The notes: a model not told the origin generated them from the letters alone. A DNA stretch of 24,331 bases from Candidatus Helarchaeota ASGARD archaeon Hel_GB_B (GCA_005191425.1 SUPR01000051.1:1-24331); one strand, 5' to 3'. Counted from the first letter of the stretch, positions 1 to 9,373 are shown. A program made the numbers and translations.

Positions 1-2
1 AT

Positions 3-2594
3 TTAAATTCAGGTATATGGAGCGACCTTGAACTTGTTACTAATGAAAGTGTTAATTGTTCAAATGAACCAGCTATTGATGCTGAAATTTCAGGTAAATT
101 ACATCTTGTTTGGCGTGAATATACAGATTATTTAGATTCGGGAGATGATTGGGATATTTATTATAAAAATTATAGTTATAATGTGCCTCAAATTATTAAT
201 ATCATAAATCCCGAAAATAAATGCTATACAAGCCATAATATTGAAATTATAGTATCTAATAATTCAAATGTGGATAAAGTATGGTGCAGATATAAGAGAA
301 TTAATAGTGATTGGACAGAAAATTTATCTTTAACGTATAATTCAACTCATTGGATTAGATTATTAAATAGTTTAAATGAGGGAAAATATATATTACAAGT
401 TTTTGCTAATGATTCTTCTGGAGATTTATATATCAAGCAACGTTTCTTTACAATCGATTCTCAAAATCCAACAATTTTAATTAATTATCCTCAAAATAAT
501 GATTTTATAACAAAAAATATAATTTGGATTAATGGAACTGTTAATTCCACGGGAAGCAGTATATCCGATATAATAATAAATAATTTGAATTTTCAAATAG
601 TTGATGATCCAACTGGACTTGAATATGGAACTTTTAGTTATAAGAATTGTACAAATTTATTAGGAAATTATTCTATAAATATTACTGTGATAGATGCTTC
701 TGGTTTAGTAAATTATACAATTATTAATTTCACAGTAGACCCTCTCAAACCTACAATTAATATATCATATCCTTCTATAGATGTACTACCAAAATTGATT
801 TGGATTAATGGTACTTTAAATGGTACTGGAAGTAAATTAACATGGTACTATAATGATTCGAGATTTACTTCAATTAAAAATCCAAATAATACATTATCAG
901 GTGAATTTTCATTAAAAAATAATACAATGATTCCAGAAGGAAAAATAATAATTAAATTTAACATAACTGACCAAGCTAATTTCACGACTGAAATGATTAA
1001 AGCATATTATATTGACAAAACTCCACCTATAATATCAATAGAGAAACCAATAAACGGGGCTGTCTTTAATAAAAATCCAATCATTATTAACGGACCATGC
1101 AATTCCACTTTCAGTTATATCAATAATATTACTATAAATGATACGAGGTTTCAACTAGTAGATAATCCAATAGGCTCAGAATATGGTTTATTCGAATTTC
1201 GAAATATTACATACATTCATGGTAAAATTAGTTTAATAATTTCTGCTATAGATGCCGCTGGATATATTGCTAATCAATCTATATGGTTTTATTCAGATTT
1301 TGAGAATCCCAAAATCAATTTATATACTCCAAATACTGATAATTATGTATATAAAAATAACATTATAACAATAAACAGATCAGTAAACGGAACTGGATCC
1401 CCTATTAAAAATATAGAAATAAATGATTCAAGATTTACATTAAATTCTAATCCTATCGGTAAATTATATGGTATTTTTTCATATATTAATAATACACATT
1501 TATCAGAAGGAAAATACATAGTCCGAATTAATATTACAGATATGTCTAATAGAAGTACCATTATTATTAAACGATTTTATATTGATTGGACCAATCCTAA
1601 ACTTATATTTATAACTCCTAATAATAATAAAACTAAGATATCTGGAAATCCAATTTATATAAATGGGACTTTAAATGCAACAGGTTCAATAATAAAAAGT
1701 TTTACCATAAATGATACTATTCACTTCTTTATAGATCAAGCTCCTATTAATAAATCCTACGGAATTTTTTCAATAAAAAATATTTCAAGTCTTTATGATG
1801 GTATATATTCGCTTAAAATTACAACAATTGATCTCGCTGGTTTTATTAATGTAAAAACTATAATATTTGTTGTTGATAATGAAATCGACACCAAACCTTT
1901 AATAACAATTTTTAATCCTTTAAATAATACTGCTTTGAATGGAAAAAATATATCTATACACGGATTCATCAATAGATCTAGTAGCCCTATTGAACAAATA
2001 CTAATTAACGATACTAAATGGACATTAAAATTAAATCCAATTGGATCAAAAATAGGAAATTTTTCTTTTATTAATAATACTAAATTAAATGATGGATATT
2101 ATACTATAAAAATAATTGTATATAATTTTGAAATGTTGAATACCTCTATAATTTGCCAATTTTATATAGATAATATGCCACCAATTTTATCTAAGAATAT
2201 TCAATATACCTATGAAAATGGTATAATTGTTTTAAAATGGGAAAAAGCAAATGATCTTACAGATGTTATTTATTGTATATATAGAAATGGCTTAAATATT
2301 GCTAATTTGTCCACATTAGAATTTATAGACGAAAATATAGAACCAGGAATTTATACATATGAAATATATGCAATAGATTCCGCAGGAAATATATGCAGCG
2401 ATCCCATTAAAATTACTATAAATGTTCCAGCAACAAGTTTTAATATACTCAATTATGTTATAATTGTCCTATTAATAATTGGAACGATCGGAGTTATTTC
2501 TGGAATTATTATAATAAGGGCCCGACAAAAGTCTTCTAAAAAAAGATCTAAATATTTGAAAAAAGATAATATCGGAAAATCGAAAAATTATTAG
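3..2594 (+). CDS. Large membrane-anchored cell-surface protein, 5'-partial (beta-propeller-type repeat, six Ig-like repeats, FN3-like domain, C-terminal TM helix and basic tail)
   Basis: The frame of the 183..2594 ORF is open back to base 3 (LNSGIWSDLELVTNESVNCSNEPAIDAEISGKLHLVWREYTDYLDSGDDWDIYYK), so the GTG at 183 is not the true start. Repeats begin D-x-x-x-P-x-I-x-I. An FN3-like segment (LKWEKAND...YCIYRNG...YTYEIYAIDSAGN) precedes a hydrophobic helix (YVIIVLLIIGTIGVISGIIII) and a K/R-rich tail. N-x-S/T sequons are very frequent. Confidence 0.85.
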   Translation, partial: LNSGIWSDLELVTNESVNCSNEPAIDAEISGKLHLVWREYTDYLDSGDDWDIYYKNYSYNVPQIINIINPENKCYTSHNIEIIVSNNSNVDKVWCRYKRINSDWTENLSLTYNSTHWIRLLNSLNEGKYILQVFANDSSGDLYIKQRFFTIDSQNPTILINYPQNNDFITKNIIWINGTVNSTGSSISDIIINNLNFQIVDDPTGLEYGTFSYKNCTNLLGNYSINITVIDASGLVNYTIINFTVDPLKPTINISYPSIDVLPKLIWINGTLNGTGSKLTWYYNDSRFTSIKNPNNTLSGEFSLKNNTMIPEGKIIIKFNITDQANFTTEMIKAYYIDKTPPIISIEKPINGAVFNKNPIIINGPCNSTFSYINNITINDTRFQLVDNPIGSEYGLFEFRNITYIHGKISLIISAIDAAGYIANQSIWFYSDFENPKINLYTPNTDNYVYKNNIITINRSVNGTGSPIKNIEINDSRFTLNSNPIGKLYGIFSYINNTHLSEGKYIVRINITDMSNRSTIIIKRFYIDWTNPKLIFITPNNNKTKISGNPIYINGTLNATGSIIKSFTINDTIHFFIDQAPINKSYGIFSIKNISSLYDGIYSLKITTIDLAGFINVKTIIFVVDNEIDTKPLITIFNPLNNTALNGKNISIHGFINRSSSPIEQILINDTKWTLKLNPIGSKIGNFSFINNTKLNDGYYTIKIIVYNFEMLNTSIICQFYIDNMPPILSKNIQYTYENGIIVLKWEKANDLTDVIYCIYRNGLNIANLSTLEFIDENIEPGIYTYEIYAIDSAGNICSDPIKITINVPATSFNILNYVIIVLLIIGTIGVISGIIIIRARQKSSKKRSKYLKKDNIGKSKNY
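456..2168 (+). repeat. Six tandem 92-98 aa Ig-like protein repeats
   Basis: Units start at about 456, 738, 1014, 1296, 1584 and 1875 (DSQNP, DPLKP, DKTPP, DFENP, DWTNP, DNEIDTKP). They share a consensus resembling INGTxNxTGSxIxxIxINDxxF...PxGxxxGxFSxxN...GxYxIxIxxxDxxG. DNA identity between units is low, so the duplications are old. Confidence 0.8.
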
Positions 2595-2907
2595 ATATTT
2601 ATTCTTTTGCTAAAATTATTTTCTTCTATTTTTTTTACAAAATTATTTTCTTCTTTTACCAATAATTCCTTAATAATATTAATTATTTTACATTATATCA
2701 AGTCTAATAACAGCTAGTCTATTTCTAAAAAAATTAAAAAATATTTTTGAGTCTATATTTTAAAGATAAATAAACTTTATTATATAAAAATAAGCCGACA
2801 AAATTCTCTATTTTATTAAAAAATTAATAATTAACCTTCAAATTTATTTTATTTTTCTAGGAATTCTTAATTAAAAATAGAGGATAAATCAGTATTTATT
2901 AAAGAAA

Positions 2908-3674
2908 TTACGAATTATTTATCCTATATTTTGGTTCATAATCCCTAAAAGAGGACGGAGAATTTACTAAATCTAACCTATTAGATTTTAAAGCTGTTAA
3001 TGCGGTCAATAACTCAGTACATTTTAATTTACCAATTGCAAGTTTAGCATTTTCTATACCCCTATTGAACATTTTATCATCTGCATAACATACTTTAGCA
3101 GGAGAGAATTGGCGTTCTATTTTAGTCCTAAGATTTAATATTCTATTTAAATGGGGTATCATATTCTTTGGTACATATTTAATAAAGACGGAATTTCATC
3201 TTTTGAAATATCTAAAATTGAAAATAAAGCTCGATTATAATTTAATTCATCTACCCAAGCCCAAATTCTATCCACTCCTCTCTTATACCTGCATATTTCC
3301 ATTTGAAAAAACTTTTTAATAGAAATTTTATTAAAGACGCGTTTTAATTTTTTATTTAATTTTAAATTATCCCAATATTCCATTGAATTTAATTGAAATA
3401 TATGCTTTAAATAGCTTTTGACTCTCCTATAGTTTTGAAGTGCCACAAATTCTTCAGATTTAATTAGATGTTTCGGAATTTTTGGAATAATAACTTTCTG
3501 CCAAGAAGGGAGCCTAAATTCTTTACAATCATTTTCAGAAGATTTTGAGAAGAATTGAGGTAGTAAAGTTTGATTCTTTGACAATTTAATTATTTTAGAC
3601 CTTTTTCTATATTTCTTAAAAAAAATTCTACCAAATCTTTTTGTGACTTTGTATCTATCGCCTGATTTATCCAT
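2908..3674 (-). pseudogene. Split remnant of an IS4/IS5-clan DDE transposase (two ORFs overlapping by 4 nt)
   Basis: The downstream ORF contains RTKIERQFSPAK, matching the R-x3-E-x6-K part of the (Y)REK signature around the catalytic Glu. The upstream ORF is basic, as expected for a DNA-binding N-terminus. No segment carrying the two catalytic Asp residues is recognisable. Confidence 0.55.
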
Positions 3675-3959
3675 ATAAAATATTTTTAAATTAGGATGTA
3701 TAAAATAATTAATAATTCCGTATCGAACAATCCTTTCTCTTTTCTAAATCATCAAATATGCAATAACATTATACTATACTTTCTCACTAATTAATTTTAC
3801 GGTATATCATTGTTATGAATACAAAATAATTCCCCTAATCGTCCATATTTATCGTTTCTTTTGTATTTTCGACTTGGCATCAAAAAAGTCCGACAAAATA
3901 ATTTTTAGAAAAAAATAAAAATTTTATCGCTTTATTTTTTTAAAATCAGTTCTATTTAA

Positions 3960-4641
3960 TCTTTAAATATAGCCTCAACTAATTTTGAACGTGAATTTAA
4001 TAGTGTATTCAATAAATTATTAAACTTAAATAGGAAATACTCTATTTTATTGTATAATGAATTGAAGAGTAGATTACCATCTAATGGTCTGACTGAAAAA
4101 AATTTAAAATATTACATGATTAAGCTTAGAGCGGCGCTATCGAAAGTGATGTGGGACTTTAGACGCCAATTAGAGGTGGAAAAAAAAGAATTTAAGAATG
4201 CGAGATTTCTCATTTTAAAAAGAGCGGAGAATTTGTCCAAGCAGGATAAAAAGTGTTTAAAGAAATTATTATGCCAATTTAGCTTCTTGGAAATGTATAG
4301 GAATTTATCACTGAGAATTTTGGATATATATCATATACTGGTGGAAAAGTTAGAGGAAGACATGATATTAGGGGCCAATTTATGGGGTAACGCTGAAGAT
4401 GAATTGAAGACAGCAGTTAAAACATTGAAAAAAAATGTAAAAGAAATACTCAATTTCAGGCTTATAATTCCTGGAAAAAATAAAGAGATAATTCATCAAA
4501 AAATAAGGTCAAGTCCAGAATATTCAATGAAAAAAAATAAAAAAGGTGGTAAGAAATAGATATGAACTGAGATCAAAAAATACTAGGCAATTATATCTAG
4601 AAAATCAATTAAAATGCCTTGTAATTGTAGTACAAACTTAA
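3960..4641 (+). pseudogene. ISL3-like transposase C-terminal fragment, 5'-truncated and frameshifted
   Basis: The frame is open from 3960 after a TAA at 3957. It contains ISL3-type segments RFLILKRAENLS..DKKCLKKLL and LKTAVKTLKKNVKEILNF. Removing one A from the A8 run at 4530-4537 gives PEYSMKKIKKVVRNRYELRSKNTRQLYLENQLKCLVIVVQT* (stop 4639-4641), which resembles the ISL3 E-x-x-N-x-KIK-x-x-x-R-x-x-YGFR tail. Confidence 0.65.
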
Positions 4642-4938
4642 AAAAATTTAAATAACTTATTAATAAAAATTTATCAGATAACTCGGATTTTTCCAAAAAA
4701 TTAAAAACAATGATAATTAAATTATCTAAAGAAAAATAATGTTATCCAAAAAATTTTAATAAGACCAATTGATAAGAACGATAATTACTATAGAGTTTTG
4801 TTTGAGTTTTTAAAAGAAATAAAAGATTAAAATAGATGTGATTTAATTTTATGGAACAAATTGTTGTAGAGTTTTATAAAAATTTTAGCGAGGAAACTCT
4901 AGATTTTAAATTATCAATATAATTTTTTAAATAAATAA

Positions 4939-4944
4939 AGGTGG
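4939..4944 (+). promoter_or_regulatory. Shine-Dalgarno-like site (AGGTGG) for rpoB
   Basis: AGGTGG lies just upstream of ATG 4947. The GTG at 4941 used by the ORF track is part of this motif. Confidence 0.45.
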
Positions 4945-4946
4945 TC

Positions 4947-7900
4947 ATGATAGAATTAAAATCAACTGATTTTTGGCATTTAATGAATGCGTTTTTCGAG
5001 GAAAAGGGATTAGTTCGGCAGCATTTAGATTCTTACAATCGATTTATAGAGGAGACACTACAGGAAATAGTAGATGAAGTGGGTGAAATAGACCCAGAAA
5101 TTCCTGATTTTAAAGTAAAGCTTGGAAGAATTAGTGTTTCAAGACCTACAATTGTTGAAGCTGATGGTTCAGAAAAATCAATATATCCAATGGAAGCACG
5201 GATTAGAAACCTTACATATGCTGGTTCTTTACATTTAGAGATGACGCCTATTAATATCGATTCTCAAGGAATTGAAATGGAAGGTGAGACGGTACAAGTA
5301 TATATTGGTAGAATGCCAATAATGCTGAGGTCTAAACGGTGCTTATTGGACGGTTTATCTGATGATGAATTAATAAGTCATGGCGAGGATCCTCGAGATT
5401 CTGGGGGTTATTTTATTATAAATGGGTCTGAGCGTGTATTAGTTACAAGAGAAGACCTAGCACCAAATAGAATAATATGCGAAGTATCAAGTAGAAGTCA
5501 AACTTCAACTCATGAAGCCAAAGTTTTTTCGACAGCTCAAGGTTTTAGAGCTCCTGTTACTCTAGAGCGCAGAAGAGATGGCGAATTACGGTTATCATTT
5601 CCATCAGTTCCGGGTAAAATCCCATTAGTAATAGTATTAAGAGCATTAGGGATCACTAAAGATAAAGATATTATGGAAATTATTTCGGATGATATGAATA
5701 TTAGGCAGGAATTAATTACTTCATTGGAAAAGGCCATTCCATTATATGTTCCCAAAGATGATGAAGCAACTATAAAAAATGCTCTTGATTATATAGGGAA
5801 GAGGGTTGCAGTCGGTCAAACAAAAGAATATAGAGAACGAAGGGCGTGTCAGATTTTAGATAAATATTTATTACCGCATATTGGAAGAGAAGAAGATTCT
5901 CGAATTAAAAAAGCATATTATTTGGGTCAGATGACTCAAAAATTATTAGAATTAGCGCTAAAGAAAAGAATGGAAGATGATAAAGATCATTATTCAAATA
6001 AAAGGTTAAAACTTGCGGGAGACCTATTAACAAGTTTATTTAGAGTAGCATTTTCGCAATTAATTAGAGATATTAAATATCAGCTTGATAGAACTTCAGG
6101 TCGGGGGAGGCAGATGAATATAAGGACCGCAGTTCGAGCAGATTTGATTACCGAACGATTAAGGCATGCTCTTGCAACTGGTAATTGGGTAGGTGGCAAA
6201 ACTGGAGTCAGTCAATTATTAGATAGGACAAATTATATTTCTGCACTTAGTCACTTAAGACGAGTAGTTTCCCCTTTAAGTAGAAGTCAACCGCATTTTG
6301 AAGCTAGAGACCTCCATCCTACTCATTGGGGTAAAATATGTCCATCAGAAACTCCTGAAGGCCCAAATTGTGGTCTAGTAAAGAATTTAGCCTTAATGTC
6401 TTATATTTCAGTAGGGACAAATGAAGATATTATTGAAAAATATTTAATAGATTTAGGAGTAGAAACTATTGATGAATTAAAAAATCAAGGTTATAAGAAG
6501 GGGGCTAGAGTATTTCTCAATGGTATCTTGATAGGAATCCATGACAACCCAAATTTTCTAGTTTCACAAGTCCGTCAAAAACGTAGAAATGGTGAATTAA
6601 ACCATGAGGTAAATATTGCTTATTATGATGATACAAATGAAATACAAATTAATTGCGATGCAGGCAGAGCTAGAAGGCCATTGATTATTGTTGAAGATGG
6701 AAAACCTAAACTAAAACCAATTCATATTGAGAAAATAATGAACAATGAATGGAAATGGAGTGACTTAATACAAAATGGTATAATTGAGTATTTAGATGCT
6801 GAAGAGGAGGAAAATACTCTTATTTCTATGAAGTTAGAGGAAATTACTGAAGAAACAACACATTTAGAAATTGAGCCATCAACTATATTAGGAATAACAG
6901 CAGCTATAATTCCATTTCCAGAGCACAATCAATCCCCAAGAAATACTTATGAAGCTGGAATGGCAAAACAAGCACTTGGTCTGTATTGTGCTAATTATAA
7001 ATTAAGAGTGGACACACGAGGACATTTATTACATTATCCTCAAATACCCATGGTAAAAACAAAGGCAATGGACGCAATTGGTTTTGATCACCGCCCTGCT
7101 GGCCAAAATTTTATTGTTGGAGTCATTTCATTTCAAGGTTATAATATTGAAGATGCGTTAATATTAAATAAAGCATCTATTGAGCGTGGACTTGGTAGGT
7201 CATCATCTTTTAGATGTTATGAGGCAGAGGAAAGAAAATATCCTGGTGGTCAAGAGGATCATTTTGAAACTCCTGATAGATCAGTAAGAGGATATAGAGC
7301 AACCGATAAATATAGACACCTTGGAGAAGATGGGATAATTGAGCCCGAAGTAGAAATTAGTGGGGGCGAAGTAATTATTGGGAGAACAAGTCCGCCAAGG
7401 TTTTTAGAAGAATACAGGGAATTCGACCTTCCAGCACCTACTCGAAGAGAAACATCAATCAATATGCGTCATGGAGAAACTGGAATTGTTGATAAAGTAA
7501 TTTTAACTGAAACAATTGATGGAAATAAATTAGTAAAGGTTAAAGTAAGAGACCTAAGAATTCCTGAACTTGGCGATAAATTTGCTTCTAGGCATGGGCA
7601 AAAAGGTATTATTGGCCTTATAGTCCCCCAAGAAGATATGCCTTTTACAGAAGACGGTGTAGTCCCTGATCTTATAATGAACCCCCATGCAATTCCATCT
7701 CGAATGACAGTCGGACAAGTTATTGAAGCAATAGCAGGTAAAGTTGGGGCATTAAAAGGAGAACAAATTGATGGGACAGCATTTTCAGAAAAAGCCGAGA
7801 GTTTATACAAGGAATTGCAAAAATTAGGATTTAAGTATAATGGGCGGGAAGTTTTATACAATGGAGTTTCTGGTGAAAAATATAAAGCAGATATTTTCAT

Positions 7901-8306
7901 AGGGTGCGTTTATTACCAGAAATTACATCATATGGTCGCAGATAAAATTCATGCACGAGCAAGAGGGCCGGTTCAGATCCTTACAAGGCAACCAACTGAA
8001 GGTAGAGCTCGTGAAGGCGGACTTAGATTTGGAGAAATGGAGCGTGATTGTTTAGTTGGGCATGGTGCAGCAATATTACTTAAAGAAAGATTGTTAGATG
8101 AATCTGACAAATCCCAAATTTATGTATGCGAGGGATGTGGCCTCTTAGCAGTATATGACAGGAATAGAGACAAATATTATTGCCCTAAATGTGGTGAAAA
8201 GACTGTAATATCTCAAATTACAATATCCTATGCTTTTAAGTTATTATTGCAAGAATTGATGAGTTTAAATATATTTCCGAAATTAAGATTAACTGAACGA
8301 GCATAA
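4947..8306 (+). CDS. rpoB: DNA-directed RNA polymerase subunit B (Rpo2), single unsplit polypeptide
   Basis: Motifs QHLDSYNRF, GGYFIINGSERV, CPSETPEGPNCGLVKN, GDKFASRHGQKG, NPHAIPSRMTVGQ, YYQKLHHMV, EGGLRFGEMERD and a C-terminal CEGC...CPKC zinc site. The start may be GTG 4941 or ATG 4947. Confidence 0.99.
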   Translation: MIELKSTDFWHLMNAFFEEKGLVRQHLDSYNRFIEETLQEIVDEVGEIDPEIPDFKVKLGRISVSRPTIVEADGSEKSIYPMEARIRNLTYAGSLHLEMTPINIDSQGIEMEGETVQVYIGRMPIMLRSKRCLLDGLSDDELISHGEDPRDSGGYFIINGSERVLVTREDLAPNRIICEVSSRSQTSTHEAKVFSTAQGFRAPVTLERRRDGELRLSFPSVPGKIPLVIVLRALGITKDKDIMEIISDDMNIRQELITSLEKAIPLYVPKDDEATIKNALDYIGKRVAVGQTKEYRERRACQILDKYLLPHIGREEDSRIKKAYYLGQMTQKLLELALKKRMEDDKDHYSNKRLKLAGDLLTSLFRVAFSQLIRDIKYQLDRTSGRGRQMNIRTAVRADLITERLRHALATGNWVGGKTGVSQLLDRTNYISALSHLRRVVSPLSRSQPHFEARDLHPTHWGKICPSETPEGPNCGLVKNLALMSYISVGTNEDIIEKYLIDLGVETIDELKNQGYKKGARVFLNGILIGIHDNPNFLVSQVRQKRRNGELNHEVNIAYYDDTNEIQINCDAGRARRPLIIVEDGKPKLKPIHIEKIMNNEWKWSDLIQNGIIEYLDAEEEENTLISMKLEEITEETTHLEIEPSTILGITAAIIPFPEHNQSPRNTYEAGMAKQALGLYCANYKLRVDTRGHLLHYPQIPMVKTKAMDAIGFDHRPAGQNFIVGVISFQGYNIEDALILNKASIERGLGRSSSFRCYEAEERKYPGGQEDHFETPDRSVRGYRATDKYRHLGEDGIIEPEVEISGGEVIIGRTSPPRFLEEYREFDLPAPTRRETSINMRHGETGIVDKVILTETIDGNKLVKVKVRDLRIPELGDKFASRHGQKGIIGLIVPQEDMPFTEDGVVPDLIMNPHAIPSRMTVGQVIEAIAGKVGALKGEQIDGTAFSEKAESLYKELQKLGFKYNGREVLYNGVSGEKYKADIFIGCVYYQKLHHMVADKIHARARGPVQILTRQPTEGRAREGGLRFGEMERDCLVGHGAAILLKERLLDESDKSQIYVCEGCGLLAVYDRNRDKYYCPKCGEKTVISQITISYAFKLLLQELMSLNIFPKLRLTERA

Positions 8307-8309
8307 ATC

Positions 8310-8323
8310 TTTTATTTTTTTTT
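8310..8323 (+). terminator. Oligo-T tract, candidate intrinsic terminator after rpoB
   Basis: TTTTATTTTTTTTT immediately follows the rpoB stop. T-tracts are common in this AT-rich DNA, so support is weak. Confidence 0.4.
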
Positions 8324-8361
8324 AATACCAATTTTAAACAATTTATTAATCAAAATAATAA

Positions 8362-9357
8362 ATGGTGGATAATCAAGTGTCGAAACAGATTTGGGTAGAA
8401 AAATATAGGCCACGAAAATGATAATAGATAATATTATCATCGTGATCGCTTTCTGAGATAATAAATCAGAATGAAATTGTGGAACGATTAAAGAAATTTG
8501 TTGAAGAAAAATCTATGCCACATTTAATATTCTCAGGCCCACCTGGGACAGGGAAAACTACTGCTGCTCTTGCATTGGCCAGGGATATGCTGGGCACATT
8601 AAATAGGGATGCAATCTTAGAATTAAATGCGTCCGATGATAGAGGAATTAATGTAGTTAGAAATCAAATAAAGAATTTTGCTAATAAAACTGGATTAAGT
8701 AATATTCCCTTCAAGATTATGCTACTAGATGAATCGGATAGTATGACTCGTGAAGCACAAAACGCTATGCGTCGAACTATGGAAAAATATACTAAAAAGT
8801 GCAGGTTTATTTTGATTTGTAATTATTCTTCTCGAATAATTGAACCAATTCAATCACGATGTGCAATTTTCAGGTTTTCACCGTTAAAAGATGAGGATAT
8901 TGAAAACCAATTAAGAATGATTGCAGAAAAAGAAAAATTACAATTATTTGAAGAAGGTCTTGAAGCTATTATATATCTTTCTAAAGGTGATATGCGTCAT
9001 GCTATTAATACTTTGCAAGCAGCATCTTCTATAAACAACGTGATAGACCAAGAAGCTGTATATAAAGTCGCTGGAACTGCCCACCCCGAAAAAATTAGGG
9101 GTATTCTCAAATTAGCACTTAAAGGTAATTATATTGACGCAAGAAAAATGTTGATGGAATTAATTAAAACTTTAGGACTTTCTGGACTAGATATTTTAAA
9201 GCAAATTCACACTGAATTGTTCAATCTTGAAAATTTATCCAATGAAAAAAAGTTATATCTGGCCGAAAAAATCGGTGATATAAATTATAGATTAATTGAA
9301 GGTGGAGATGAAGAGATCCAGCTATCTGCATTATTAGCTTATTTTTCTATGAATTAA
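8362..9357 (+). CDS. rfcS: Replication factor C small subunit, intron-containing: join(8362..8416,8447..9357), predicted 321 aa
   Basis: Walker A GPPGTGKTT, ELNASDDRG, LLDESDSMT, SRC motif (IQSRC) and GDMRHAINTLQ. The N-terminal box WVEKYRP is encoded at 8392-8412, in frame with the 8479..9357 ORF but separated from it by in-frame stops inside a BHB-forming insert. Confidence 0.95.
8417..8446 (+). other. 30-nt bulge-helix-bulge (tRNA-type) intron in rfcS
   Basis: Outer helix AGGC 8407-10 / GCTT 8448-51. Central 4-bp helix CACG 8411-14 / CGTG 8441-44. Bulges AAA 8415-17 and ATC 8445-47 on opposite strands. Inner 9-bp stem ATGATAATA 8418-26 / TATTATCAT 8432-40 with a GATAA loop. Cleavage after the second nucleotide of each bulge gives CGA A|CG CTT = R-T-L. 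Confidence 0.9.
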
Positions 9358-9373
9358 AATGAGAAGATTATAA

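Noticed and set aside
2612-2654. 16-bp direct repeat AAAATTATTTTCTTCT (2612-2627 and 2639-2654)
   Set aside because: Low complexity and probably a local slippage duplication in a T-rich terminator region.
2795-3899. 10-bp direct repeat CCGACAAAAT (2795-2804 and 3890-3899) bracketing the transposase remnant as a possible target-site duplication
   Set aside because: There are no inverted terminal repeats just inside the two copies, so element ends cannot be defined. It may be chance.
8417-8446. Alternative readings of the rfcS insert as an intein, stop-codon recoding or a random pseudogenising insertion
   Set aside because: It is far too short for an intein and contains stops. Four stops of three types cannot be recoded. 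A random insertion would not be expected to pair with both exons in exact BHB geometry and regenerate the consensus Thr. An assembly artefact remains formally possible.
8479-9357. ORF-track call of rfcS as a 292-aa protein starting at GTG 8479
   Set aside because: It omits the conserved WVEKYRP box, which is present upstream in frame. The intron model explains the stops exactly.
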